In this document: piece after piece, positions 1 to 10,571 of the stretch
Numbering within the stretch: the first letter of the stretch is position 1
How the letters are laid out: each line of letters opens with the position of its first letter
Assembly: GCA_040756235.1 (NCBI GenBank)
Contig: JBFLZG010000003.1
Span: forward strand, 1-46,729
Reading direction: 5' to 3'
DNA from: a bacterium
GTDB lineage: Bacteria; Desulfobacterota; DSWW01
DNA length: 46,729 bases
Made by a program: the position numbers and the translations under genes
Notes under the pieces: model-generated
Told to the model about the DNA's origin: nothing
Database searches by the model: none
What the model saw: the letters and a program-made list of their open reading frames with translations, nothing else

Positions 1-265
1 CCAGGGCCCTGGCCCTGCGGGCGCATCAGCCCGGCGGATGAGGCGCCCGATTCCGCTGTACACTTGAGGAATCATCGTGCGCCTTGCGTCCGGGGGTTTT
101 GAAAAGCCTCTGGAATTCGAGCCCGCTCCTCAGGATCCGGTCTCCGGCCGGCTGGAGGAGCATCGAAAGAAGACAGGCCCGGGAGAGGCAAAAGCTTCAG
201 GTATCCGATTCGGAGCGAACCGAACGGCCGTATGCGGATCGGGGCGGCCTCTCGCAGGAGGAGAC

Positions 266-1063
266 ATGCGTCCGCGGCAAACCTTTACGCTGCAGTCGAT
301 GACCGTCTGTTTCATCGTGAACGCTTTGCTCGTGGGCGTCTTGTTCGTTCTCGGCCGGCAGTTCCTGGGAGAGCTGGGGCGCCTCCTGGACCCGGCCCTG
401 GCAGGGGCAGATGCGTGGCCTGAGCAGGGCCGGCAGTCGCTGGAGCAGATGCGGGGGCTCCTGGGCCGTGTGAACGAGTTGCTCGCGCCCGTGCTGGCGG
501 GGCTGGGTTTGTTGGCGTGCCTTGTGGAGGGGGCGGCCCTGTACCTCGCCGCGCGCAGCGCCGTTGCTCGCGCAGAGGAAGCCGCAGCTTCCGGCTCTGG
601 CGCGCGCGGGGCCGCCGGGCGTGAGGAGGCAGGGCCGGCAGAGGGGCCGGGGAAGCGATACGTCCAGAGTCAGCCGCATGCGGCTGTGCAGATCTTGTCG
701 ATCCTGCAGAGGAAGGGCCGGTTCATCGACTTTCTTCAGGAGGACCTGGGGCCGTACGACGATTCCCAGATCGGGGCTGCGGTGCGGAGCATTCACCAGG
801 GCTGCAAGGAAGCGCTGACCGAGCATCTCACGTTGCGACCGGTGGTCGAGGGCGAAGAGGGAGCCGAGGTGAACGTTCCGCCCGGGTTCAATCCCGAGGC
901 GATTCAGCTCATCGGAGACGTGAGGGGGTCCCCGCCGTTCAAGGGCGTGCTGCGGCATCGCGGCTGGCGCGTGGAGCGGCTGGAGCTGCCCAGGCGCACA
1001 TCGGGGGACAGAGAAGAAAACATTCTGGCTCCGGCGGAAGTGGAAATCGAGGTGAGCGGCTAG
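266..1063 (+). CDS. DUF2760 domain-containing membrane protein
   Basis: ATG at 266 follows AGGAGGAG. Two N-terminal hydrophobic segments. C-terminal LQRKGRFIDFLQED...IGAAVRSIH.GC...PPFKGVLRHRGW...APAEVE is typical of DUF2760, which usually sits next to Hsp70-like genes. Confidence 0.8.
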   Translation: MRPRQTFTLQSMTVCFIVNALLVGVLFVLGRQFLGELGRLLDPALAGADAWPEQGRQSLEQMRGLLGRVNELLAPVLAGLGLLACLVEGAALYLAARSAVARAEEAAASGSGARGAAGREEAGPAEGPGKRYVQSQPHAAVQILSILQRKGRFIDFLQEDLGPYDDSQIGAAVRSIHQGCKEALTEHLTLRPVVEGEEGAEVNVPPGFNPEAIQLIGDVRGSPPFKGVLRHRGWRVERLELPRRTSGDREENILAPAEVEIEVSG

Positions 1064-1125
1064 GAGAGGAGCCGGAAGCGCCGCGCCGCGAGCAGGGCCG
1101 GTGCGGAGAGAGCCAGAGGTTCGAG

Positions 1126-2943
1126 TTGAAGGAAGCCAGGTTCATCGTCGGAATCGATCTGGGGACCACCCACTGCGTGCTGGCCTGGACAGAGGTGCCG
1201 CGCGCGGGGGGAGAGGTGCGCGAGATCCGAATCTTTCCGGTCCCCCAGCTCTGGAATCCGGGCGAGATGAAGGCCCAACCGCTGCTCCCGTCTTTTCTGT
1301 TTCTGCCCGGCCCCCATGACGTGCCCGCCGGAGGCATCCGCCTCCCCTGGAACGAGTCCTCGGACATCGTGGTGGGCGAGCTCGGAAGGAGCCGGGGTGC
1401 GGAGATCCCCAACCGGCTCGTCTCCTCGGCGAAGTCGTGGCTCTGCCACAGCGGCGTGAACCGGACCGAGGCCATCCTTCCCTGGGAGAGCCCGCCCGGT
1501 ACGAGGCGCATGTCGCCGGTCGAAGCTTCTGCGCGCCTGCTGGGTCACCTGCGGGACGCCTGGAACCACGAGATGGCGGCGCGGGACCCGGGTGACAGAC
1601 TCGAAGATCAGGAGATCTATCTTACGGTTCCCGCATCCTTCGACGCGGTCGCACGGGAGCTGACGGTGCGGGCCGCGCGGGCTGCCAGACTGGAGAACCT
1701 CACTCTCCTGGAGGAACCGCAGGCCGCTTTTTACGCCTGGATCCAGTGGCAAGCCGATGGCTGGCGCAAGGAGGTGCGGGTCGGGGAATCGGTCCTGGTG
1801 TGCGACGTGGGCGGCGGCACCACCGACCTGAGCCTGATCCAGGTGGCGGAGGAGCAGGGCGAGCTGACCCTGCGGCGCATGGCGGTGGGCGAGCACATCC
1901 TGCTGGGCGGGGACAACATGGACCTGGCCCTGGCCCACTTCTTGCGCGCCAAGATTTCCCAGAAGGAGGGGAGCACGCTGGATTCGTGGCAAACGAGAGG
2001 GCTCACCCAGAGCTGCAGAACGGCCAAGGAGAGGCTCCTGTCGGATGCGGCGCTCGAGCGGGAGCCGGTTGCGGTCCTCGGCCGCGGGACTTCCCTGATC
2101 AAGGGGACCGTGAAGACCGAAATGAGCCGATCCGAGCTGGAAGCCGTGCTGCTCGACGGGTTCTTCCCCCGGTGCGGGCTGGACGAGCTCCCGGCACGGC
2201 GGACCCGCGTGGGCATTCAGGAGATCGGTCTGCCATATGAGGCGGAGCCCGGCGTCACCCGGCACCTGGCCCACTTCCTGAGAAAGCATGCGGGCGGGAG
2301 CCATGGATCGGGCCAGGATGTCGCCTTCCCGTCGGCCGTTCTGTTCAACGGGGGCGTGATGAAGCCGCAGGCTCTCCGGCAGCGGGTGCTGGAGTCCATG
2401 GCCGGCTGGGCAGGCCGGCCGATCCGCGAGCTCGCCTCGGGCGATCTCGAGCTTGCCGCTGCCCGCGGCGCGGCTTACTACGGTCTGGCGCGGCGGGGCC
2501 GCGGCATCCGGATCCGCGCCGGGACCGCGCGCTCCTACTACATCGGCATCGAGACGGCGATGCCCGCCGTACCGGGAGTGCCGGCCCCCATCAAGGCGCT
2601 CTGCGTCGTGCCTTTCGGCATGGAGGAGGGCACGGAGGCCGAGATTCGCGGCAGGGAGTTCGGGCTGGTCGTGGGCGAGCCCGCGGCCTTTCACCTGCTG
2701 GCGTCGACGGTGCGCAAGAAGGACGAGGTCGGAGAAATCGTGGAGGACTGGAAGGGCGATATCGACGAGGTGACGGCCATGGAGACGGAGCTGTCTCCGG
2801 CCCATGAGGGAGAGGGGATGGGGCTGGTCCCGGTGTGGCTGCTGAGCAAGGTCACCGAAGTCGGCACGCTCGAGCTCTGGTGCGTTTCGAGCGGCGGAGA
2901 AAGGCGCTGGAAGCTCCAGTTCGACCTGAGGGAATCCGCGTGA
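1126..2943 (+). CDS. Hsp70 (DnaK-like) family protein
   Basis: GIDLGTT, TVPASFD, EEPQAA, DVGGGTTD and LGGDNMD actin/Hsp70 ATPase motifs; TTG start. Confidence 0.9.
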   Translation: MKEARFIVGIDLGTTHCVLAWTEVPRAGGEVREIRIFPVPQLWNPGEMKAQPLLPSFLFLPGPHDVPAGGIRLPWNESSDIVVGELGRSRGAEIPNRLVSSAKSWLCHSGVNRTEAILPWESPPGTRRMSPVEASARLLGHLRDAWNHEMAARDPGDRLEDQEIYLTVPASFDAVARELTVRAARAARLENLTLLEEPQAAFYAWIQWQADGWRKEVRVGESVLVCDVGGGTTDLSLIQVAEEQGELTLRRMAVGEHILLGGDNMDLALAHFLRAKISQKEGSTLDSWQTRGLTQSCRTAKERLLSDAALEREPVAVLGRGTSLIKGTVKTEMSRSELEAVLLDGFFPRCGLDELPARRTRVGIQEIGLPYEAEPGVTRHLAHFLRKHAGGSHGSGQDVAFPSAVLFNGGVMKPQALRQRVLESMAGWAGRPIRELASGDLELAAARGAAYYGLARRGRGIRIRAGTARSYYIGIETAMPAVPGVPAPIKALCVVPFGMEEGTEAEIRGREFGLVVGEPAAFHLLASTVRKKDEVGEIVEDWKGDIDEVTAMETELSPAHEGEGMGLVPVWLLSKVTEVGTLELWCVSSGGERRWKLQFDLRESA

Positions 2944-3073
2944 TCTGACGAGTCCCCCGGAGTCGAGTTGCATCATGGGACCCTGCACGCGGTCCCGCCT
3001 CGGCCCTCCGGGCTCCCCGGGCTCCAAACCGGTAATTCTCAGTCCCGAAACGATTCGAGTGAGATGTCGCACC

Positions 3074-5947
3074 ATGGCTGAACGGGCCGATTCTGCGCAA
3101 GAGACGCCTCGTTTCATCGTGGGCATCGATCTGGGGACGACCAACAGCGCGGTCGCCTACGTGGAAAGGTCGGGCGGGGCCACCTCGTCCTCTGCGCCTC
3201 CCTCGATCCGCATCTTCGAGTTGCCCCAGTTGGTCGCCCCCGGCGAGGTCGCCCACAGGAACGTGCTTCCCTCGTTCCTCTACCTGGCCGGCTCCTACGA
3301 GCTGGCGCCGGGGAGCACGGCCTTGCCCTGGGACCCGGGGCGCGGGTTCGCCGTGGGCGAGATGGCGCGCGAGCAGGGCGCGCTGGTGCCGGGCCGGGTG
3401 GTCTCGTCCGCAAAGAGCTGGCTGTGCCACGGAGGGGTGGACCGCAAGGCACGGATTCTCCCCTGGGGCGCGGACTCGGATGTGGAAAAGGTGTCTCCGG
3501 TCGAGGCCAGCGCCCGCTACCTGCAGCACGTCCGGGAGGCGTGGAACGACGTCGTGGCGCGCGGCAGCAACGAGGACCGCTTCGAGGAGCAGACGATCCT
3601 GCTGACGGTCCCGGCTTCCTTCGACGAGGTCGCCCGCGAGCTCACGGTCGCAGCGGCCGGAGAAGCCGGCTTCCGCAGGGTGACGCTGGTGGAGGAGCCG
3701 CTGGCCGCTTTCTACGCCTGGCTCTCCCGGCACGAGCAGGAATGGCGGGCCAGGATGCACGCCGGCCAGCTGGTGCTGGTATGTGACGTGGGGGGCGGCA
3801 CCACGGACTTCACGGTGGTGGCGGTGCGCGCAGGCGAGCAGGGCCTGCGCTTCGAGCGACTGGCCGTGGGCGACCATCTCATGCTCGGCGGCGACAACAT
3901 GGATCTCACCCTGGGCCGGTACATCGAGGCGCAATTCGCGCAGCGTGCGGGGGGGCTGGACACCAAGCGATGGCACCAGCTCTGTCATCAGTGTCGCAAG
4001 GCCAAGGAGGACCTGCTGAGCGGCGCGTCGGGAGCCGGCAGGGTGGACATCACGGTGGTCGGCTCAGGGGGAAAGCTCATCGCGGGGACGCTCAAATCCG
4101 CGCTCACGCGGGAAAAGGCGGAAGAGCTCATCCTGGACGGCTTCTTCCCTTTCACGGCTGTCGGCGAAGAGCCGAGGGGCGGCCAGAGGACCGGGCTTTC
4201 GGAATTCGGGCTGCCCTACGCTCAGGACCCGGCCGTGACCCGGCATCTGAGCGCCTTCTGGCAGCGGCACCGGGCGCTCCTGGAGCGCGAGACCGGCCGG
4301 CCCTCGCCGCTCCCGGACTTCGTGTTGTTCAACGGAGGCGCGCTGACGCCCGCCTCGATCCGAAGCCGCATGCGGGCCGTGATCGGGCGCTGGTTCGAAG
4401 GCGAGGCCGGTCCGGAGTGGATGCCTGAGGAGCTCGAGAACCCGCGGCCCGACCTGGCTGTTGCGGTGGGCGCTGCCTACTACGGAAGGGTTCGCACGGG
4501 GGTCGGCGTGCGGGTGGGCGCCGGGAGCCCGAGAAGTTATTACGTGGAGGTGGCTCCGGCGCCTGGCGGGGAGCAGGGAACGGGCGATGAACGCCTGGCC
4601 CTCTGCGTCGTTCCGCGCGGCACCGAGGAAGGATTCGAGACCGTGCTCGAACGGCCCGCTTTTCAGGTGCTCACGAACCAACCCGTGTCCTTTCAACTGC
4701 TCAGCTCGAGCACCCGGCTGGGGGACCGGCTGGGAGAGGTGGTCTCCTTGCCGTGCGGCGAGCGGAGCGCGCTTCCGCCGATCCGCACGCTGCTGCGGTA
4801 CGGGAAGAAGGGGACGGCCCAGCCCCTGCCGATCGAGCTGGCCGTGCGGCTGACCGAAGTCGGCACGCTGGAGCTTTGGTGCCATTCGCACAAGACCTCC
4901 CATCGGTGGCAGCTGCAATTCGATGTCCGGCAGGACGCGCCTGCGGAGGAACGGCGGGCCCGCGCATCTCCGTCCGAATCCGTGGATCAGGGAGTCGTCG
5001 AACGGGCGCAGGAGAGCATCCGGGCGGTCTTCGCGGCCGGCCGGCCGGCCGCTTCACCGGCCGCAGCGCCCGAGGGGCTGCTGAAGGAGCTTACGGGTCT
5101 GCTCGAGCAAGGCAAAGAGCGGTGGCCTACTTCGGTGGTGCGAAAGCTCGCGGACACGCTCATCGAGTGCCGGGACGGGCGGCTCGTCAGCGCGCAGCAC
5201 CAGGCCAGGTGGCTGAACCTGCTCGGGTTCTGCCTGCGGCCCGGATTCGGCTACGCGCTGGATGACTGGAGGATCCGGGAGGTCTGGAAAGTGTTTCCCC
5301 AGGGCACGGCGTTTCCGAAGGAGGTCCAGGGGCGCACCGAGTGGTGGATCTTCTGGCGCCGTGTGGCAGGGGGTCTTTCCGCGGGGCAGCAGGGGCATTT
5401 CTACCAGCAGGCGGCCCCGCTCGCTCTGTCCCGGGAGAAGAGGAAGGGCAAGGGCTCGTCCGCTCGGCTCAACGCCCACGAGGAGATGGAGCTGTGGATG
5501 GCCTTGGGGAACTTCGAGCGCTTGGAGGTGCGGGCGAAGACCGAGCTCGGGCGCTGTCTCATCTCCAATCTCGAAAAGGGAAGAGTGAGGACCAAGGAGC
5601 TCTGGACCATCGGCCGCCTGGGCGCGCGCATCCCGCTTTACGGGCCGCTGGATCGGGTCATCCCGGGGAAGGAGGCTTCCTCCTGGCTGAACCGCATCCT
5701 CGAGTGCGCCCTCAAGCCTTCCGACGTGTTGATGCGCACCCTGGTTCAGCTTGCCCGCCGCACCGGCGACCGGGAGCGGGACCTGCCCGAGAAGGACCGT
5801 GAGAGACTCTCCGCTTGGCTCGAGCCCCTGCCGCAGGGCGCCCGGTTGCGGACCGTCCTGCAAGAGCCCGAACGTTCACTCGGCGAAAGGGAGCAGGAGT
5901 GGATGTTCGGCGAGTCTCTGCCGTCCGGCCTCGTCCTGGAGGGATAG
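3074..5947 (+). CDS. Hsp70-like protein with long C-terminal extension (DUF3731-like)
   Basis: Same Hsp70 motifs; paralogous to the upstream gene. About 330 extra C-terminal residues (WLNLLGFCLRPGFG, WWIFWRRVAGGL, FGESLPSGL). Start set at ATG 3074. Confidence 0.85.
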   Translation: MAERADSAQETPRFIVGIDLGTTNSAVAYVERSGGATSSSAPPSIRIFELPQLVAPGEVAHRNVLPSFLYLAGSYELAPGSTALPWDPGRGFAVGEMAREQGALVPGRVVSSAKSWLCHGGVDRKARILPWGADSDVEKVSPVEASARYLQHVREAWNDVVARGSNEDRFEEQTILLTVPASFDEVARELTVAAAGEAGFRRVTLVEEPLAAFYAWLSRHEQEWRARMHAGQLVLVCDVGGGTTDFTVVAVRAGEQGLRFERLAVGDHLMLGGDNMDLTLGRYIEAQFAQRAGGLDTKRWHQLCHQCRKAKEDLLSGASGAGRVDITVVGSGGKLIAGTLKSALTREKAEELILDGFFPFTAVGEEPRGGQRTGLSEFGLPYAQDPAVTRHLSAFWQRHRALLERETGRPSPLPDFVLFNGGALTPASIRSRMRAVIGRWFEGEAGPEWMPEELENPRPDLAVAVGAAYYGRVRTGVGVRVGAGSPRSYYVEVAPAPGGEQGTGDERLALCVVPRGTEEGFETVLERPAFQVLTNQPVSFQLLSSSTRLGDRLGEVVSLPCGERSALPPIRTLLRYGKKGTAQPLPIELAVRLTEVGTLELWCHSHKTSHRWQLQFDVRQDAPAEERRARASPSESVDQGVVERAQESIRAVFAAGRPAASPAAAPEGLLKELTGLLEQGKERWPTSVVRKLADTLIECRDGRLVSAQHQARWLNLLGFCLRPGFGYALDDWRIREVWKVFPQGTAFPKEVQGRTEWWIFWRRVAGGLSAGQQGHFYQQAAPLALSREKRKGKGSSARLNAHEEMELWMALGNFERLEVRAKTELGRCLISNLEKGRVRTKELWTIGRLGARIPLYGPLDRVIPGKEASSWLNRILECALKPSDVLMRTLVQLARRTGDRERDLPEKDRERLSAWLEPLPQGARLRTVLQEPERSLGEREQEWMFGESLPSGLVLEG

Positions 5948-5997
5948 AGGCGTCAGGTAGGAGGTATGAGGCCACATAGCTGAAACCTTCTCCGGCA

Positions 5998-6027
5998 TTG
6001 ACATGCCTTCTCGAAAACCACTACGGT
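5998..6027 (+). promoter_or_regulatory. putative sigma70 promoter (TTGACA-18-TACGGT)
   Basis: Consensus -35 with a weak -10, upstream of GTG 6081. Confidence 0.35.
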
Positions 6028-6080
6028 ACACGAGGTTCGGAGGTGACGACTGAAACCTCGTTGAGGGAGGGGCGTGCCAC

Positions 6081-7478
6081 GTGAGTGAGCTCGATGCGCT
6101 GGTTCATCCGCGATCGATCGCCCTGGTCGGACTGCCCCGCGGCATGAAGGCCGGCAAGGTCTTTCTCTTGGGCCTCTTGGATCAGCAGTTCGCAGGTCCC
6201 ATCTATCCGGTGCACCCGCAGGCTGCGGAGATCGATGGCCTGCGGGCGTACCCGCGTATCCTGGACGTCCCGGACCCGCTCGACGAAGTGATCGTCATGG
6301 CGCCCCGGGAGACGGTCCCGGGCATTCTCGAGGAGTGCGCGGCCAAGAGGGTGAAGGTCGTGGTGGTCTACACCTCCGGATTCGGCGAGAGCGGCGATGA
6401 GGCGGGTCGTCGGGAAGAGCGGCGCCTGAAGGAGCTGGCGGTCAAAGGAGGCTTCCGTCTTCTCGGGCCCAATTGCATGGGAGTCTACTCCCCGGCCGCG
6501 GGCCTGGCCAATTTTCCCGGGCTCTCGCGCACGCCCGGGCCGGTCGGCTTGCTTTCCCAGAGCGGTTCGCTGACCAATCTCTTCACCAGCCTGTGCTCCA
6601 GCCGGGGCATCCACTTCCGGCACGCGGTGAGCTACGGAAACGGCTGTGACGTCGACCTGCCGGATCTGCTCACCTGGATGGGAGAGGACCCGGACGTGGG
6701 CGTCCTCTGCATCTATTGCGAGGGCGTGCGCGACGGGGGGGCCCTGGCCGCAGCCTGCCGCAGCCTGGCCGGAAGGAAGCCCGTGATCATATGGAAGACG
6801 GGCGAGACGGCCGCAGGCCGGAGGGCCGCAGCCTCCCACACGGGATCGTTGTCAGGCCAGGCGAGGCTGTGGCGATCTCTGTTCCGCCAGTGCGGATGGA
6901 GCCGCGTCCAGGACATCGAAGGCATGCTGGACCTCACGACGGCTTTCTGCAACGTGCCGCTCTCCGCCCGGGGGCGGGTGGTCGTGGTCTCCGGGCCGGG
7001 CGGGCCTGCGGTCTCGGCGGCGGACGCGGCCGAGAGAGCCGGGCTCGAGATGGCGGTCCTGGGCCGCGAAACCCGGGCGAGGCTGGCCGCCGTTCTGCCC
7101 CCGACCGGAACGAGCATTCGCAACCCGGTGGACGTGGGACTTTCGGCTTCCTTCGACCTGCGGCTGTACCTGGACAGCCTGGAGGCCCTCGCGGCCGACC
7201 GGGAGGTGGACGTTTTGGCGGTCCTGGGCGGAGGCGCCACTGCGGAGCTTTCCGAGACGTACATCCAGGGCCTGGTCGATCTGCGGCGGAAGTCGGGCAA
7301 GGCGGTGCTTGCCGTCACCCTGCCGGGTTATCTGACCGACGAGACGCTGCTGGAGCCGCTCTATCACGCCGGTGTTCCCGTTTACCCGACCCCGGAGCGA
7401 GCCCTGCGCGCTTACGCGGAAGTCGTGCGGTTCGCGCGCTTCCGGGAGGCGAGGCGTGAGCACGCGCCGGCGGCCTGA
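6081..7478 (+). CDS. CoA-binding acyl-CoA synthetase (ADP-forming) alpha-subunit-like protein
   Basis: PRSIALVG, SGFGE, GPNCMG, SQSG, SYGN, AAASHTGSL (phospho-His motif) and NPVD; no ATP-grasp domain. Confidence 0.85.
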   Translation: MSELDALVHPRSIALVGLPRGMKAGKVFLLGLLDQQFAGPIYPVHPQAAEIDGLRAYPRILDVPDPLDEVIVMAPRETVPGILEECAAKRVKVVVVYTSGFGESGDEAGRREERRLKELAVKGGFRLLGPNCMGVYSPAAGLANFPGLSRTPGPVGLLSQSGSLTNLFTSLCSSRGIHFRHAVSYGNGCDVDLPDLLTWMGEDPDVGVLCIYCEGVRDGGALAAACRSLAGRKPVIIWKTGETAAGRRAAASHTGSLSGQARLWRSLFRQCGWSRVQDIEGMLDLTTAFCNVPLSARGRVVVVSGPGGPAVSAADAAERAGLEMAVLGRETRARLAAVLPPTGTSIRNPVDVGLSASFDLRLYLDSLEALAADREVDVLAVLGGGATAELSETYIQGLVDLRRKSGKAVLAVTLPGYLTDETLLEPLYHAGVPVYPTPERALRAYAEVVRFARFREARREHAPAA

Positions 7479-7555
7479 GGCGGCCGGCCTGCCGGCCGCT
7501 CGAGCCCCTTTTCTCGAACGATTGCGGCGTTTCTGCCCGGGAGGCAGCGAGACCC

Positions 7556-8518
7556 ATGAGACGCGTGTTCATCAGCGGTGCGTCAGGCTACCTGGGAACG
7601 AAGCTGCTCGCGCTCATGGAGAGAATCGGCGAGGTCGAGCGGGTGGTGGGCGTCGACGTCAGCCTGCCCAGGGTGAGGACCGGCAAGCTCACTTTTTTCA
7701 AAAAGGACGTGCGCGAGCCCCTGGCTCAGATCCTGAGGGCGCACAAGGTCGACACGGTGCTGCACGCCGCCTGGATCCTGCCTCCGCTGCACGACTCGAA
7801 GCTCATGGAGTCGGTCAACATGGAAGGCACCCGCAACGTGTTGCGGTCGAGCGCCGAAGCCGGAGTCGAGCGGATCCTGCACTTCTCTTCCACGACGGCG
7901 TACGGGTTTCATCCGGACAACCCGCGCGTCCTGACCGAGGAGAGCCCCCTCAGAGGGAATGCGGAGTTCACGTACTCCAAGAACAAGCGGGAGGCCGAGG
8001 AAGTCTGCTTGCACTTCCACGAATCCCACCCCGGCATCGGGCTCACGGTGCTGCGGCCGTGCTTCGTGTGCGGACCGGGGTTCGCCAACCCCATGGCCCG
8101 CTATCTCGAGAAGAAGACCGTGGTCGTGCCGAGGGAGCACGCGCCGCTCCAGTACGTCCATGAGGACGACCTGGTGGAAGCGGTGCGCACCGTGCTCGAG
8201 CAGAGCCGAACGGGCGTCTACAACATCGCAGCCGACGGCACGATCTCCTTTCCGGAGATGGTGCGGGCCCTGGGCAACCATCCTCTCCTGCTCCCCCTGC
8301 CGGTCGTGACGGCACTGACCGCAGCCGCCTGGGCGCTGCGCATCCGCGCGCTCACCGAGTTTCCGCCACAGGCCCTGGCGCTTCTTCGCTACTCCTGGAT
8401 CGCGAGCAACCAGAAGCTCAGGCGCGAGACCGGCTTCCGATTCCGTTACACGACGCGCGAGGCGTTCGAGGACTACGCGCGGCACGTGAAGGCCAGGGCA
8501 AGATCGCTGAACCGCTAG
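7556..8518 (+). CDS. NAD-dependent epimerase/dehydratase (extended SDR)
   Basis: GASGYLG, N-x-EGT, SSTTAYG, YSKNK (YxxxK) and YVHEDD motifs. Confidence 0.85.
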   Translation: MRRVFISGASGYLGTKLLALMERIGEVERVVGVDVSLPRVRTGKLTFFKKDVREPLAQILRAHKVDTVLHAAWILPPLHDSKLMESVNMEGTRNVLRSSAEAGVERILHFSSTTAYGFHPDNPRVLTEESPLRGNAEFTYSKNKREAEEVCLHFHESHPGIGLTVLRPCFVCGPGFANPMARYLEKKTVVVPREHAPLQYVHEDDLVEAVRTVLEQSRTGVYNIAADGTISFPEMVRALGNHPLLLPLPVVTALTAAAWALRIRALTEFPPQALALLRYSWIASNQKLRRETGFRFRYTTREAFEDYARHVKARARSLNR

Positions 8519-8545
8519 GAGCCTGCCCAGGCATTCGGAGGGCCT

Positions 8546-9718
8546 TCAGTACGCCTTGCGGAGGAGGCTGAGCATGTCGTTGCGGTCCGCTTCCTCGGGA
8601 TTGTACGTTACGGCACCATCGTTCATGGCGGCTTCAGCGATCGCCTCGAGCTTTTCCTCGGAAACCCCGGCCTCCCGGAGGTTCGTCGGCAATCCGGTCA
8701 AACGCTTGAGATGCAACTGCAGGTCCCGCACCTTCTCGATGGCGAACTGAGCGCGCTCCAATTCGGCCCCCTTCTCGTCCGCTCCGAGGAGGGCGCCCAG
8801 CTGGGCGAGCAGGTTCGGGATGCGCGCCAGGTTGTACGCCATGACCCAGGGAAGGAAGATGCCGTTCGCGACTCCGTGCGGCACGTGGCAGACCCCGCCG
8901 GTCGCGTGCGCCAGCGAGTGGACGAGCCCCACCATGGAATTCGAGAACGCGATGCCCGCGAGAAGCGCCGCGTTGGCCATGCCGAGGCGCACGCGCTGGT
9001 CCTTGGGAGTCTCCACTGCGTCCACGAGGTGCCGGAATACGAGCTCGATGGCCTTGGTCGCAAAGGCGTCCGAAACCGGGTTCTTCTGCAGGCACGTGAA
9101 AGCTTCGATGGCGTGGGTCAGGGCATCCATGCCGGTGGCGGCCGTGATCCCGGCCGGCATCGTCAGCGTCATGACCGGATCGATCACCGCGACGTGCGGC
9201 GAGAGCCTGCCCGACATGAACGCCATCTTGAGCCCTGTCTCCTCATTGTAGATGATGGCCGCCGGTGTCACCTCGGAGCCGGTTCCCGCAGTGGTCGGGA
9301 CGACGACGAGGGGCTTCATGTCCGCCCGCAGACGGTCCACGCCCTGAAACTCCAGCAGGTCGTTCGAGCCCTCCGAGACCACGATGTTCGCGCCTTTGGC
9401 CGTGTCGATCACGCTCCCGCCGCCCACCGCGATGAAGGAGTCGCACCCGCCTTGACGGAAGGCCTCGGCTGCCTGATTGACGACCCGGTTGCTCGAGTCC
9501 ACGGGGACCGCGTCGAAAATCGTGTCGAGCCCGATGCGGGAACCAGCCAGTGCGGCCTTGAGGTGATCCAGCAACCCGGCCTTCACGATCCCCTTGTCGG
9601 TGACGACCATCGGCTTCGATGCGCCCCGCTGGGCGAGCTCGTGCGGGATGTTCGGCAGGGCCTTGCGGCCGCTCAGAATCTTGGTCGGACAATGGAACTC
9701 GTAATACTCCGGCAGCAT
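8546..9718 (-). CDS. iron-containing alcohol dehydrogenase
   Basis: GGGSVIDTAK, PTTAGTGSE, GMDALTHAIE and H..AH...HG motifs; ATG 9718 follows GAGGAGG. Confidence 0.9.
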   Translation of the reverse strand: MLPEYYEFHCPTKILSGRKALPNIPHELAQRGASKPMVVTDKGIVKAGLLDHLKAALAGSRIGLDTIFDAVPVDSSNRVVNQAAEAFRQGGCDSFIAVGGGSVIDTAKGANIVVSEGSNDLLEFQGVDRLRADMKPLVVVPTTAGTGSEVTPAAIIYNEETGLKMAFMSGRLSPHVAVIDPVMTLTMPAGITAATGMDALTHAIEAFTCLQKNPVSDAFATKAIELVFRHLVDAVETPKDQRVRLGMANAALLAGIAFSNSMVGLVHSLAHATGGVCHVPHGVANGIFLPWVMAYNLARIPNLLAQLGALLGADEKGAELERAQFAIEKVRDLQLHLKRLTGLPTNLREAGVSEEKLEAIAEAAMNDGAVTYNPEEADRNDMLSLLRKAY

Positions 9719-10028
9719 GGTGGCCTCCTCGGATGAAGGGCTGACCCTGGCTAGGAGACTGTCCATAAACGCCCATCTGCGGCGTTGCGCTCATGGCGCG
9801 GCATGGAGGCGGGGGAGCCTGCCCCGGCGAAGGCCGGGGTCACTGCGGCGTACTCCCATGTACGCCTCATTCCTGAGGATTTGACTCGCGCCGTCCATGG
9901 CGCTCGCCCTCCGGGCGCATCATCCTGACGGATGATGCGCCCAATTCCGCTGTCCTGCGGAATTGTCGCGCGCCCTGCATCTGGACATTTCTGAGCAGCC
10001 TCCCGGAGCCGAATTCTTGGACAGGCTC

Positions 10029-10571
10029 CTAGCGGAGAGCGGTCCTGGAGAGCGCCGGCACCAGCAAGCCCAAGATGAGCGCCTTCCGGGCCATCTGCGC
10101 CGGAGTGAGCTTGGGAGGGCGCTTGAACGTGCGCTTCAGAAACGCCCCCGGGAACAGGTAGGTCTGGACCACGGCCATGGCCCGCGTCACGCTCAGGGCC
10201 TCGTGGGTCGAGCCGTAAACGATGACGCGGTTCTCGGCCACGGCGCGATGTGCACCGATCCTGGCCGTAAACACGAGCAGTGCGGAGTCGAGGTTCTTGA
10301 ACAGGATCGATACATCGGAGCGAACCGGCCTTGAGCCCAAGTAGCGGATGCGGTCGCCTCGCTTCTCGATATGCATGCATGGCCCTGCCGGGAGAACCCC
10401 GATCGTCACGCGCAGGCCGTCGCGCCATGTCGTCATCTCCGCCTTGAGCTCGGGGACGCGCTCGCTGGCAAGCTCGAAAGCAGTGGCCAACGCCAGGAGA
10501 GAGGCGCGGCACAATGCCGTCTTCGCCTGCGTTTCGACGGGGAGCCGCGCCCTTCTTTCGACGGAAGTCAC
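10029..10571 (-). CDS. hypothetical protein, possible SCP2-like fold; likely co-transcribed with the Fe-ADH
   Basis: 180-aa ORF filling the gap in the same orientation as the ADH gene; DVSILFKN...AVAENRVIVYG resembles SCP2-type domains. Start uncertain. Confidence 0.55.
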   Translation of the reverse strand: MTSVERRARLPVETQAKTALCRASLLALATAFELASERVPELKAEMTTWRDGLRVTIGVLPAGPCMHIEKRGDRIRYLGSRPVRSDVSILFKNLDSALLVFTARIGAHRAVAENRVIVYGSTHEALSVTRAMAVVQTYLFPGAFLKRTFKRPPKLTPAQMARKALILGLLVPALSRTALR

